From Octopus sinensis (Eukaryota): a stretch of DNA of 64,000 nt. A program made the position numbers and the translations under genes. Below the pieces are notes generated by a model. It searched no databases and had not been told where the DNA came from. It worked only from the letters and a program-made list of their open reading frames with translations. This document shows, in pieces, positions 25,807-38,827 of the stretch. The DNA is taken from assembly GCF_006345805.1 (NCBI RefSeq), contig NC_043005.1, positions 44,082,001 through 44,146,000 on the forward strand. Direction: 5' to 3'. How positions within the stretch are numbered: position 1 is the stretch's first letter; each line of letters starts with the position of its first letter.

Positions 25807-26467
25807 AAGAGAGAGAGATTTGCTGTAAATAATGTTTGTCGGTAAAAACCACACAACTTATAACCATTATTGTTTACTAAATTAAAACTGGTAAAAATAG
25901 TCTGGTGATTTCTCTAGAGTAATTGAATTGACCTTACTAAACATAATTATGAAGGAGAAGGCCTATATGTGGATGCCTAGTCTTAGATGTGATGTGACTG
26001 GAAAACAACAAGATGGTCACCACTAGAACTCTTTTATCATCATCCTGCTTGACTGGTGTTGGCTTGGGAGGAAATATTTGTAATTAAGTTCTTTTATAGT
26101 TCTGTAAATGTTAGTGATTTATTCACAATATATAAACACATTGAAACTGGAAAGAGTAATTATATAGGGAATAAAAACTTGTTACCAGTTCAAATATGCC
26201 TGAGGTATATTTGAACATGTATGAAAGCCATTCAGTGTATTTTTATATGGAGAAAATTTCTTGCTGTAGACAGATAGATGTGAACACACTGAGTCAGCTC
26301 ACAATGGCACCTAACTAGATTGTGGGATGCATGCATTTCAGAATGGTAATCTCTTCTTCAGCCACAGAGAACAGAAAGTTATTACACTGCAAACTGACAC
26401 AAGAGACAGGTTCCTCTTATGGGTGAAATCTATTTGTGGGAAATCTATAAAATGACTAAAAAAATTA

Positions 26468-26532
26468 GTTGTCATCGTCATCATCATCATCATCATCGCC
26501 ATTGCCATCACCATCACTGCCACAACCACCAC

Positions 26533-26575
<43 letters not shown>

Positions 26576-26606
26576 GTCATCATCATCATCGTCATCATCA
26601 TCATCT
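26468..26606. repeat. (CAT)n microsatellite
   Basis: Directly visible. Confidence 0.9.
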
Positions 26607-27230
26607 TTTAATGTCCTCTCACAATACTGGCATAGGTTGGGCAGTTTAACAGGAATTGACCAGCTGAAGAGCTGCTCAGGTTCCGTATTAGATGTTTTAA
26701 GAGACTTACTATGTCTTTTTTTTTTCTTTATCTTAAGAGATTACATTAATCATCATCATCATCTTCACCCCCCATCGTTCTCACTTTACATTTGCTTACT
26801 ATGCTGATATGGGTTGAACAGCTATTGCAACTCACCTAAATTATGTGGGAGGACAATGTGTCCCTCATAAATTTCATTATTGGTTTAGTTTTTCAATGGA
26901 TATATATCCTTTGTTACACCAGCCATTTCATAGGGTGCAAGGAGTGAATTTTTTTCAGGGTACCAGCAAGGGAGAGGTTGTTATGTTCTTGACAAAACTG
27001 AAGTGTTCTGTTGATCCCTCACATAACAGAAGGCACTGGGGGCAATTTATTGCATCACAAAGATAAGAGAAAGGGAGTGATGGATAGCAAGGAATGGATA
27101 AACGTGAGATGTTAATCCCAGCTGGTCAGTGGTGGAGTTGGGTATAAGTGGAGTGTATGGAATACATGCACATCTGGGAAGTTCCTGATGTATATGCACA
27201 GGGTTGGATAAGAGAACCATGGTGATAAAG

Positions 27231-27265
<35 letters not shown>

Positions 27266-27734
27266 GGAGAGGGAAGAGAAGGAGAGAGATGGAGAGAGGG
27301 AGAAGGGGAGATGGAGATGGAGTGGGAGAGAGAGGGAGAGTTGTGGAATTTGGTGTGCAGAAACAATGAAGAGTGAACAGAAAAAGTCCACTGCCATCCT
27401 TAATTATATTGGTGACACAAAGAGAGATTGAGAAGAGGAGATAAAGAGAGATTGAAAGATGAGAAATAGGGGCATGATAGCTAGCAGAATGAGTAATAAA
27501 GGCATATAGGACTAGATAGGAGTATTGGTGATATTGGTGCTACACAGATGAGTGACAAAAAGGGATGTATGATAGATAAGTGAGTGATATAGGGGTAAGT
27601 GTCCATAAAAGAATACATGGCTATCAAAATAAATAAAAGACTAAAAATTGAGTTCATCTCAATGTCAAACTCTTTACAAAATACAGGGTGGACCAAAAGT
27701 CACGCACCAAAACATTTGACATTTTATTTATATT

Positions 27735-28068
27735 ATGTAATTCTGGCATTACGTTGCTTACAATGACAAGGGTCCCAGTTGATCCAACCAATGGAACAGC
27801 TTACTCATGAGATTAGCATGCAAGTGGCTGAGCACTCCGCAGACACGCCTACCCCTTCACATACTTGTCAGGGAGATTCAGTGTGACACAAGGTGTGATA
27901 AGTCTGGCCCCTTTAAATACAGGTATTACTCATTTTTACTGGCTGAATGAACTGGGGCAACAGGAAATAAAGGATCTTGCTCAAAGACACAATGCACTAC
28001 TCGGAATTGAAGTTGCAAACCTATGCTCATGAGCCAAATACCCTAACCACTAAGCCACGTTCCTTCAC
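27735..28068 (-). mobile_element. tRNA-derived SINE (head shared with families D/E)
   Basis: Minus-strand head gtgaaggaacgtggcttagtggttagggtatttgg...gtgtctttgagcaag. Confidence 0.7.
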
Positions 28069-28106
28069 ACTTTATGTAATTATTATTATTGTTGTTATAT
28101 TTATTA

Positions 28107-28997
28107 TGGCGGCAAGCTGGTTGAATCATTTGCATGTCAGGCGAAATGCTTAGCAGCATTTCATCCATCTGTACGTTCTGAGTTCAAATTCCGCCGAGGT
28201 GAACTTTACCTTTTGTCTTTTAGGGTTGATAAAATAAGTATCAGTTAAGCCCTGGGGTTGATGTAATCGACTTACTCCCTCCCTTGAAATTTCAGGCCTT
28301 GTGCCTATATTAGAAAAGATTATTATTATTATCGTCATGGCAGTGAGCTGGCAGAATCATTAGCATACCAACACCAGGCAAAATGCTAAGCAGCATTTCA
28401 TCCATCCTTACGTTCTGAGTTCAAATTCTGCTGAGGTTAACTTTGTCTTTCATCCTTTCAGGGTCAATAAATTAAGTACAAGTGAAATACTGCAGTCAAT
28501 GTAACTGACTAGTCCCCTCTCCCAAAATTTCAGGCCTTTTGCCTTTAGTAGAAAGGATTATTATTTGGCAGAATTGGTAGCAGGCTGGATGAAATGCTTA
28601 GTGGTATTTTATGTCATTACGTTCTGAGTTCAAATTCTGCCAAGGGGTCAACTTTGCCTTTTATCCTTTCAGGGTTGATAAAATTAAGCACCAATCAAGT
28701 ACTGGGATCAGTGTGATCAACTTTCTCCATCCCCCAAAATTTCAGGCCTTGTGCCTATAGTAGAAAGAATTATTATCATTAATGCAACGGGCTGGCAGAA
28801 TCTTTAGCACTCTGGGCTAAAGTGCTTAGTAGCATTTCCTCTGTCTTTATGTTCTGAGTTCAAATTCTGCTAAGGTCAATTTTGCCTTTCATCCTTTCAA
28901 AGTCGATAAATTAAGTACCAGTGAAACACTAGGGTCAATGTAATCAACTAGTCCCCTACCACCAAATTTCAGGCCTTGTGCCTAGAGTAAAAAGGAT
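28107..28997 (+). mobile_element. Head-to-tail array of four SINE family B copies (~225 bp each)
   Basis: Four iterations of gctggcagaatc...ttctgagttcaaattc...caggccttgtgcc...gaaaag, separated by short (ATT)n tails. Confidence 0.9.
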
Positions 28998-29037
28998 CAT
29001 CATCATCATCATCACCACCACCACCACCATCACCACC

Positions 29038-29114
<77 letters not shown>

Positions 29115-29124
29115 TATTATCATT

Positions 29125-29192
<68 letters not shown>
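28997..29192. repeat. (CAT)n/(CAC)n/(ATT)n microsatellite
   Basis: Directly visible. Confidence 0.9.
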
Positions 29193-29193
<1 letters not shown>

Positions 29194-29903
29194 CTTTTGT
29201 TCAGCATGTACAAGTATGTGTGTATTAAACATTATCTTATTTATTTTATTCACTTTCAGGAAAATTAAAGCATCTCTTTGACAAATACGGAGCATATTAA
29301 ACTTATTTTGTGCATGACTTTTGGCCCACCCCATACATTTTATACATAACCCTTTTATACCCTTTTATACTAAATTATTTAAGACTTTTTTGTTATTTGC
29401 TTCTTAATCTTCACTTTAGCACAAGACTTATATTTGTCTTTTACTTGTCTCAGTCATTGGACTGTGGCCATACTGCAGCACCACCTTGAAGGGTTTGGTC
29501 AAACAAATTAAACCTAGTACTTGTTTGCTATTGGTTTGGTTTTTGGTTTTTGGTTTTTTTTTTAAGTCTGGTACTTACTGCATCAGTATCTTTTGCTGAA
29601 CTACTAAGTTATAGGGACATAAACACATCAGCACTGGTTATCAGGTGGTGGAAAGTAACAAACACAGACACAGAAGCACACACACACACACATACATGCA
29701 CATGCACGTGCACACTCACACATTTACACACACACACACATACATGTATATACACACATACATATATATATATATACATACATATACATATATATATACA
29801 TCATACATACATACATACATATATATATACATACATATACATATATATATACATACATACATATACATATATATATACATACATATATATATATATATAC
29901 ATC

Positions 29904-29948
<45 letters not shown>

Positions 29949-29949
29949 G

Positions 29950-30283
29950 CCAGCCTTGCCTGGACCCCGTGCCGGTGGCACGTAAAAAGCACCATCCAAT
30001 CGTGTCCATTGCCAGCCTCGCCTGGCCCCCATGCTGATGGCACGTAAAAAGTACCATCTGACCGTGGCCATTTGCCAGCCCCGTCTGGCAACTGTGCCGG
30101 TGGCATGTAAAAAGCACCCACTACACTCATGGAGTGGCTGGCGTTAGGAAGGGCATCCAGCCGTAGAAACATTGCCAGATCAGACTGGTCCTGGTGCAGC
30201 CTTCTGGCTTCCCAGACCCCAGTTGAACCGTCCAACCCATGCTAGCATGGAAAGCGGACGCTGAATGATGATGATGATGATGA
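29950..30283 (+). mobile_element. SINE family C with 3 internal tandem units
   Basis: Same unit and body as 18907-19745. Confidence 0.85.
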
Positions 30284-30301
30284 TATATATACATATACAT
30301 A

Positions 30302-31165
30302 CAGGGTGCAATGGGTAAAGTGTTACAATTTAATACTTTTAATTTCGTACATGCACGTTGTTTGTTTTTGATTTTCTGAACTACACAGTATAGTAGAGTA
30401 AGTTGGGCACCGTCTGTGAGAAAAACGGCACAATGATGCAATTCACTCTGCCAGAAATTTGGAAATGATAGGCTGTACTGCTTGGCATTCATGCTGGAAT
30501 CTCCAATATGAATTGGGGACAGTGCAATCTGAGGACATATACCAAGAGTGATAAAAATCAAACATCTAGTCAACATTACAGTGTTTGAAGTGATCACTAG
30601 TGATGGTGACGTTATGCTTCATTTCATCTTCCCACATGGCCTCAAACTCAACACGGAAGCCTACATCAAGTGCCTGGATGAGGTTAGTGCTGCCTTGGGT
30701 CGAAAGACTGGCTGCTGGAAGACCCTACGTCTGGCAATAGGACTTTGCGCCATGCCACACAATCAGGAGATCCCAGTCATGGCTGTGAGACAATATCTGT
30801 GACCACATCACCCCTAACATCTGACCACCTAACTCCCCAGACTGCAACCTCTTTCATTATTATGTGTGAGGCACAGTTGAGTGAGGGATTAATAAAACTC
30901 CTTGTAACACAAAGATGAACTGAAGGCAAGGATTATGGCAGTGTTCACCAACTTAAACAAGGAGACCATCCAGAAGAGTTGCAGGAGATTCTGAAGTCAT
31001 CTGGGGGCTGTGGTTGAAGCCAATGGCAATTTTATTGAACAAATTTACTCTTCAGTATTTCAAGATATTTTTATGCAATTTTGGTAAATATATCTGTTAA
31101 AATGAGTTGTTAGTGTTATTTTCATTTTTGCATTATTTAGACAACAATATGTTCACTGCACCTTG
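30302..31165 (+). mobile_element. Tc1/mariner superfamily DD37D (maT-like) element, internally deleted pseudogene
   Basis: TA|CAGGGTGCA...TGCACCTTG|TA termini. Translation: VFEVITSDGDVMLHFIFPHGLKLNTEAYIKCL...WQ*DFAPCHT...PPNSPDCN...AVVEANGNFIE, with stops; spacing fits DD37D. Confidence 0.9.
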
Positions 31166-31849
31166 TATGTATATATGTATATTTTGTTTATATATTTTGT
31201 GCTACTTCTAATTCATATTTGAACATGTGTGTGTGTGTGTGTGTGTATGTATATATATCCGTAGATATATACATTTTTAAAAGGGTTGAATGTGAATTTG
31301 TACTTTAACTGGAGTAGTTTCCAAAAGATTTCTAACGTTGTTTCTTCATACTTTACATTAATTTACTGGTGTAAATTAGCGTAGATATGAAAAGTTATAT
31401 AAGTATATTAAGTATATGATTTAACTTATGAAACAAAATTCAACAAATTCAATCATACTTTATGTAAATGGAGGAGATTAGATGTTAATATGGATTAAAT
31501 GTTAATATGTTTTTTGTATTCATGTAGGTATATGATCGTTTCATATCAAAAGACAATAAATTAATTTTAAGAAACTGAGTTGTCAAAAAGTACTCATCAT
31601 ATTAACTTCTAATCTCCTCCATTTGCGTAAAATATGATTGAATTTGTTGAACTTTGTTAAATTAGTTAAATCATGTACTTTATGTGTGTGTGTGTGTGTA
31701 TGTGTGTGTGTGTTCGTGTGTGTGTGTGTGTATACATATATATCTTCAAATATTAATTAAAAGCAACTTGAGGTATATAAACAAGATCAAACACACATAC
31801 ACAAGGTGTGAGTGTCGTTACTTCGTTGGGTAGCCACATTTTCTTTTAG

Positions 31850-31896
31850 GCATAAGAGAATATATTCTTAATACCCCTGGTGTGAATCACCAGGAA
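31850..31896 (+). CDS. Candidate internal exon (GIREYILNTPGVNHQE, phase 1 to 0), product unknown
   Basis: Strong acceptor cattttcttttag and donor GAA|gtaagt; only one frame is open. Confidence 0.3.
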
Positions 31897-32304
31897 GTAA
31901 GTCATAGACAAGTGAGACAACTCACATCAAGTCCCTTTTTTGCAGTGTGACAGACATCGATGTTTCATCATTGTTTTGATTTATGAATGCTACATAAATC
32001 TCAACAACTATGACCATATGCTAAATGGTGTAAAAAAACCATCTGCTAGAATGTCCCACCATTTCATGCCACAGAAGGAATTCAAATATGAATTAGAATT
32101 CTTCCCATTGCATGAAACATATGCATAGATGCAGGTGTGGCTGTGTGGTAAGAAGCTTACTTCCCAACCATATTCTTCCGAGTTCAGTCCCATTGCATGG
32201 CACCTTGTGCAAATGTCTTTTGCTATACCTTCAGTCCGACCAAAGTCTTGTGAGTAGATTTGATAGACAGAAACTGAAAAAACCTCATCATATATATATA
32301 TATA

Positions 32305-32445
32305 TTGGTAAAAATGGCAAGATAACAAAAGAAAGAAAGAGACCTAGATATTATGTAAATAGAGGAATTTATCTATCTATGTGACAATTATTCGGTAGCC
32401 AAGATAAAACTCTGAGTTTCGGATGCCGAGGTGGAAATCCATGCT
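32305..32445. repeat. PLE-type terminal repeat fragment, same family as 17615-17880
   Basis: gataacaaaagaaagaaagagacc...caagataaaactctgagtttcggatgccga matches 17740-17880 in reverse. Confidence 0.8.
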
Positions 32446-33594
32446 GTTGTGAATGTTGTTGTGATCCCACAGATCATATATTTGAAATACAGACTATTCT
32501 CATAAATTTTTTAACTTATACTAAAAGCCTTTCAGAATCCTTCTTTTTCAGAATTTTCTCTCACTGGTAATCTCTTAAACAATCAGAAAGTACAATTCAA
32601 ATTGAACATTAACCATCTTTTTTTTTTTAGTGAAGGAATATGGCCTAGCAGTTAAGGTGCTGTACTCATGGTCACTAGGTTGTAGGTTCAATTCCTGAAC
32701 CAGGTGGTGTGTTATGTTCTTGAGCAATACACTTCATTTCACATTGCTCTCATGCTGTGTCATGACCAGTATGTCAAAGAATAGAGCCAACGTTTCTTCT
32801 GTGTGTTATAAAAAGAGGTTGAGCTAGGATTTGCACTCCGACTTCATAAAACTCTTACTAGCAATGACTACCCAAACAGAACCACAGGCTGGAGGGTTGT
32901 CGATTGAGTGGTGCAAAGGCATCATCTGCCAGGGGTAGCAGAGAATCACTAACAAATGGTGGGTGCAGCAATGTGCTGTTGCAACACATAACCCTGTGCT
33001 ATTACAACTACTACTACACCTCTTTCAAAATCCTTCTTCAGAACTTTCTCCTTCTGGTAATCACTTTACTGGCATATACTTTAACAACCAGAAACTACAA
33101 TTCAAATTTAACATTAACCATTCTCATGTCATTCAGTTGCTTTTATTCTTCAGTCTAAGCAGACCTAAAAGAGCAATGGAAAAATTGTTCCTTTCTTCTT
33201 CTCCTCAACCTCATACCATTTCTTGAAAGAATAATACAGAAAATTTCTCTCTCAGAATATAAAACATTATGTTGATTGAAACAAAGAAATAAAAATTTAA
33301 ACATTAAAATTTGAAGTATCATTGAAATCTTTAAAATTACACAACATTTATGAATAAATTTTAAAAGAAATTGGAGTAAAGAAAACGCTGAAGTGAATAA
33401 AATACATAGCATATTTTATGAAGAAATGTCTAGCACCAAAAAAAGATAACGCTAAGTAAAGCTACTTTTCTCTTCTAAACAGAAAAATTAATTAACTTTT
33501 TTTTTTAATGAAACATTATTTCTAAAATATGTAAATTTAATGAACAACAGGCATGGTTGGGTAATAAGGAAGTCCTTTGTATACATATGCACAC

Positions 33595-33598
33595 ACGC

Positions 33599-33631
<33 letters not shown>

Positions 33632-34063
33632 TGTATGTATGTATGTATGTATGCATGCATGTTTGCATGTATGTATGTATGTATGGATAGATATATGTAT
33701 GTATGTATGTATGTATATGTGTATGTACCCATCTTTCAATCTGTCTATCTATTAATCTAACTATCTATCTGTCTGTCTGTCTATTTATCTATCTATCTGC
33801 CTGTCTGCCTGTCTATCTATATCTCTCTCTTTCTATCTATCTATTTATTTATCGGTCTATCTATCTATATATCTGTCTATCTACATATTTATCTATGTAT
33901 TTACCTATCTATTTTATCTATTGGTCTGTTGTCTGTCTATCAATCTATGTATCTATCAGTCTGTCTGTCTGTCTGTCTATTTTATCTATCAGTCTTCCTA
34001 TTTATCTATCTTTCTCTCTGTCTCTCTCTCTCTCTGTGAGTCTGTCTTTATCTAGCTGTCTAT

Positions 34064-34128
<65 letters not shown>

Positions 34129-34149
34129 CATCTATCTATCTATCTGTCA

Positions 34150-34194
<45 letters not shown>

Positions 34195-34200
34195 CCCGTT
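33595..34200. repeat. (TATG)n/(TATC)n/(TGTC)n microsatellite block
   Basis: Directly visible. Confidence 0.9.
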
Positions 34201-34737
34201 TAGCTATCAATATATGTGCGTATGAGTGTTTGTGTGTGGCTGTTGGGTAAGGAGTTTGTTTCCCGGCCATATGGTTCTGAGTCCAGCCCACGGCACAGTA
34301 CCTTAAGCATGTTTCTTCTACAATAGCCCCAGGCTGACTAAGCCTTATCAGTGGATTTGGTAGATGGAAACTGAGATAAACTCATTGTACAATAAGTGGG
34401 TAAGTCAATTACACCAAGTCGATTATATCAACCCCAGTGCATACTGGTACTTATTTTATCGACCCCACTAAGGGATGTAAGGCAAATTCAATCTCAACAG
34501 AATTTGAACTCAGAACACAAGTACACACGAAATGCCATTAACCATTTTGCCCAATATGCTAATGATTCTGCCAGTTCACCACCTTTATCTGGCCCAAATA
34601 TCAAAGAAAGATTGATAACCACTACCCTATACAACCAGTCAAACTACTAGATATAGTAGCTGAATTTCTATCAAATCATGCCTTCTTAAAAAAAGTATGA
34701 ATATTTTGGACAGTGTGGTTATATAGCTATATAAAAC

Positions 34738-34970
34738 GGTGGCGAGCTGGCAAAAACGTTAGTGTGCCTGGCGAAATGCTTAGCAGTATTTCGTCTGTCG
34801 TTACATTCTGAGTTCAAATTCCGCTGAGGTCAACTTTGCCTTTCATCCTTTCGGGGTCGATAAATAAAGTACCAGTTTCACACTGGGGTCGATGTAATCG
34901 ACTTAATCCCTTTGTCTGTCCTTGTTTGTCCCCTCCATGGTTTAACCCCTTGTGGGCAGTAAAGAAATAT
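34738..34970 (+). mobile_element. SINE family B, near full length
   Basis: ggtggcgagctggcaaaaacgttag...ttctgagttcaaattcc...; very similar to 40030-40265 and 56362-56600. Confidence 0.9.
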
Positions 34971-35125
34971 ATAGCTATATAAAAAGAAGAGGATGGTCAT
35001 TGCTGGAGTAGTTTTGATCAGTGGTCAGTTCAGCAGGACCTGTATGTTAAACAACAACAATAACAACAACCTCTAAAAGTTTCTCTCTCTCTCTCTCACA
35101 ACCACTTGTGATAATATGGGATGTA

Positions 35126-35522
35126 TTCTTTTATTCTTTTATTTGTTTCAGTCATTTGACTATAACCATGCTGGAGCACCGCCTTGAAGGGCTTTAGTTA
35201 AACAATCGACCCCAGAACTTATTTCTTAAGCCTAGTACTTATTATATTGATTTTTTTGCCAGACCGCTAAGTTATATGGATGTAAACACACCAACACCAG
35301 ATGTCAAGTGGTGATGGGGAGGGGACAAACAAACACAGACACACACACACACATATATATAATGGGCTTCTTTCAGTTTCTGTCTACCAAATCTACTCAC
35401 AAGGCTTTGGTCAGCCTGAGGCTATGGTAGAAGACACTTACCCAAGGTGCTATGCAGTGGGACTGAACCTAGAATCATGTGATTGGGAAACAAGCTTCTT
35501 ACCACACAGCCATGCCTGTGCT
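35126..35522 (-). mobile_element. SINE family A, full length
   Basis: Reverse complement of 18321-18750. Confidence 0.85.
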
Positions 35523-36554
35523 TATGTAAAGCCACACCAATGCATATCTAGCCATGCCTGCACCTATATGATGGTCACAACTGGAGCAGCTTTGATCAGT
35601 GGTCAGTTCAATCAGGTCCTGTATGTTAAACAACAACAACAAAAACAGCAATTGCTCAAAGTATCTCACAGCCACTTATGATGTTATGGGATGTATGTAT
35701 GGCTATTATTTTCCTAAATCTCAAATAGAAATGTGATTTATTACTATTGTGTCTAGGTCTATGAGCTAGTCACAGTTTACTTAAATGGGTGGTGGTGGTG
35801 GTGGTGATGTGAGGGGTATTTTATGCTTTGATCTGTCTGCTGTGAATAAAATAAAGAGATATCAAAAGAAACTAATGTTTTTTTTTTTGTTTTTTGTTGT
35901 TGTTTCTTTTTGTTTTTTTTTAATGGTCTGGTTAGGGGAAAAGGCAGTGTTCCTTGGCCTTTGCAAGTTCTCTCAGACTGATGTGATCAATGTACTTTTT
36001 AAAGTAAACGCAAATCAAAAAATGCAGGAAAGAACATGGGCAATGAAAGATGCTTTTTTAAAATTGTCTCCCCTTACCTTTAAGTGTTACTAATAATTAC
36101 CACTAAGTTTTGATTCCTTCTTCAAACCGAAAGGTAAATTTTTCAATTAACTGAAAATTTTTTTTATGAATCTCTTTTCATCACCCTATAGCTTAGTTGT
36201 CTAAATTTAGATTATTAGTGTATTTAGTCTTCTTCTTCTAAAACTCAATTTATTTTTGATTTTGCAAATTACTCTCAGCCTAAAGTTTCTCAAATGTTTC
36301 CTACAGAGAAGAAAGCCTTTGCCAAGGGATTAAAGCTAGATTGAATCGACTATTTTATGTTAATGAGACCCCAGTATAACCTCATCAACATAGACTCAGC
36401 TGGTGACAATTGTTTGTGACACTCAAAGAAAACATATAATTTCTTTTCTTTTTCCACAAAATTAATTTTCAATAAATTAAATTTTTCTTTCTATCAATCA
36501 GTATCTAAATTCATGCCATTGATCCTCGCTGAAAGATCAAGTCAATACATACAT

Positions 36555-36765
36555 ATTTAGTGTGGTCGTTGCCAGAACTGCCTGACTGGCCCTCATGCTG
36601 GTGGCACGTAAAAGCACCCACAACACTCTCAGAGTGGTTGGCATTAGGAAGGGCATCCAGCTGTAGAAATTTTGCCAGATCAGATTGAGCCTGGTGCAGC
36701 CTCTGGCTCACCAGTCCTCAGTCAAACTGTTCAACCCATGCCAGCATGGAAAGCGGATGTTAAAC

Positions 36766-36797
<32 letters not shown>

Positions 36798-36808
36798 CGA
36801 TGATGATA
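36555..36808 (+). mobile_element. SINE family C with a single internal unit
   Basis: Family C body with a (GAT)n tail. Confidence 0.85.
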
Positions 36809-36964
36809 CAATATAGTGCTATTGACAACAGGAATGCAGGCTTAGGAGACCTTTTTAAATGTTTTTTTAATGTTTCTTTTAACAATTGTGCTGACTCCAC
36901 TAGCCTAAATCAGTAACTCATTTATTTCTTTTGTCATAAATAAGAGTAACATCTTTAAGTTGCC

Positions 36965-37420
36965 ATCTTAGCATTATTTCGATTGTGCATGGATACATTG
37001 AAACTCTGACGTCTCGCAGCTGACTTGGCAGACATCCATAAAATTATCAACCATCTTACTAACAATAACCCTGAGCACCTTTTCAAACTCCACCTGTCTA
37101 ACACACGTGGACATGTTTACAAAGTCAGAAAACAGCACAGCTCCCATGACTTTCGGAAACATTTTTTCACGCTAAGAGTTGCTGAAGTATGGAACAAACT
37201 GCTGGCATCAGTTGTTAGTTGTCAGAGCACTACATCCTTCAAAACTTCCATGCTTCCTGAGATTCACCAACACTACACCTGATTTTCTCCCCTCCATACA
37301 CACGCAAGCTTGTATCTGACTCATACACTGTTGACTTCCCAGTCATTTGTACACTACTGCATATGCTTTATATACACTTTTGACAAGTTGTGGTGCACCT
37401 GAGCACTGTATACAATAATT

Positions 37421-37478
<58 letters not shown>
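36965..37478 (+). mobile_element. CR1-like LINE 3' end
   Basis: ORF ...NTRGHVYKVRKQ...RKHFFTLRVAEVWNKL... matches the CR1 ORF2 C-terminal motif (TRGH...FF..RV...WN.L); followed by a 3' UTR and (ATT)n tail. Confidence 0.85.
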
Positions 37479-37968
37479 AAAATACATCTTGCACAATGTG
37501 GAATTTCTTTTTTACAATCATGGTAGATATTGATAACAGAGCACTAACACCAATACTAATACAAATAGCACTATGACACGTGTAAGTTATTTAAGATGAT
37601 GAAAACACTCTTCTCACTTCAATTGGTTTTTACATTCAAATCAGAAACTACTTCAGTGTTATGAAAAAGCCCAAGATGACCCTTCTATCAATTATGTGAA
37701 GTGGCTAAACATTGTTGGTACAAAGCTCACCCAACCTTAAACTATTTTACAGCAAAAAGGTTTTGGCAGCCAAAAATTAAAAAGTGGCCGTCACAGAGAG
37801 TAATTGCAATTCCAACTCTAGTGATGCTAAATTATCTTCCCAAAACAATGAAAAGTAGATAAAATTTGCCATAAGAGAGATTGAAACTAATGTAAAGAAA
37901 CTGCTGTGGCCATCACTAAACAATTACATGTAAACCTAGTACTGAAAAGCAAAGACAATAAAACTTGC

Positions 37969-38160
37969 TCATCATCATCATTGTTCGACCGTGGTCGAGA
38001 CAATGGAATTTACCATGTTGCGCCAGACTTCACGGTCCATCATAGCATTACGGAGGTCCTGTTGCTGGATGCCTGTATCCCTGGAGATTACATCAGGGTA
38101 GGAGAAAACTTGCTACAAAGTGGCAGTAAATTCCTCAGGGAGTTACTCTCTTCTTGACAA
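37969..38160 (-). mobile_element. RTE-like LINE 3' end
   Basis: Minus strand YPDVISRDTG...DLRNAMMDREVWRNMV followed by a (TGA)n tail. Confidence 0.65.
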
Positions 38161-38249
38161 CCCCAAACAGCTGGACTTCCTTACCTCAAAGACCAGAATG
38201 CTTAGAATACCAAAATAAAACTATGGGGATAGAATTCTCGAAGACTTAA

Positions 38250-38464
38250 CCCTTTCGTTATTGTATTTATTTTGAGATGTTTTTTTTTCAATTACTTTAA
38301 ATATAATAAAGAATTTAGTAAAATAACTTAATTATCATTCAGCTAGTGTTAGGAGCATTAATTGTGACTAAAATTTGGTGGGATATTTTAATTCAAAAGT
38401 TATGAAAACAAGACATTTATACTATAGAGCCAGGGCTAGTTTCAGCCGGGTTGGTAATGAAAGG
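38250..38464. mobile_element. piggyBac-like MITE
   Basis: TTAA at 38246-38249 and 38465-38468; imperfect TIRs ccctttcgtta / taatgaaagg. Confidence 0.65.
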
Positions 38465-38827
38465 TTAAACATGAAGTGCAGCCTTTCTTCAGCTTGTTGT
38501 ACGACATCCCATCACACTTCAAAGGCTATGCATTTTCAACCCAAGAGCAGGAGATTGCTGCAAAATACCCTATAAAAAAAAAGAGACATTGTATCCTTTG
38601 GAACTCCAAGTTTCAAGCCAAAGCTATTCATTGTGACACATTTCTATGGATGAAATGGGGGTCAGCAGTTCCCCCAAAATGTCATCATGGTTTTATCTTC
38701 CAATGCAACATGATGTTTTCATTAAAACAATATGCAATGCTCTCAGAAAAAAAGAATAAATATCTCCTGGAATAAATATAAAGAATCCCTCTGTTACTGA
38801 ATACACACATTAACATCAACACAAGGA

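Noticed and set aside
26320-26457. Short plus-strand frame ...ITLQTDTRDRFLLWVKSI resembling a PH-domain C-terminal helix
   Set aside because: Only 46 codons, weak splice sites and no other PH-like exon found.
28107-28997. CRISPR-like array
   Set aside because: Eukaryotic context; the units are ~225-bp SINE copies with no repeat-spacer structure.
38185-38200. 16-nt minus-strand microexon (tctaag|...|gtaagg)
   Set aside because: Too short to distinguish from chance and not frame-compatible with the neighbouring candidates.
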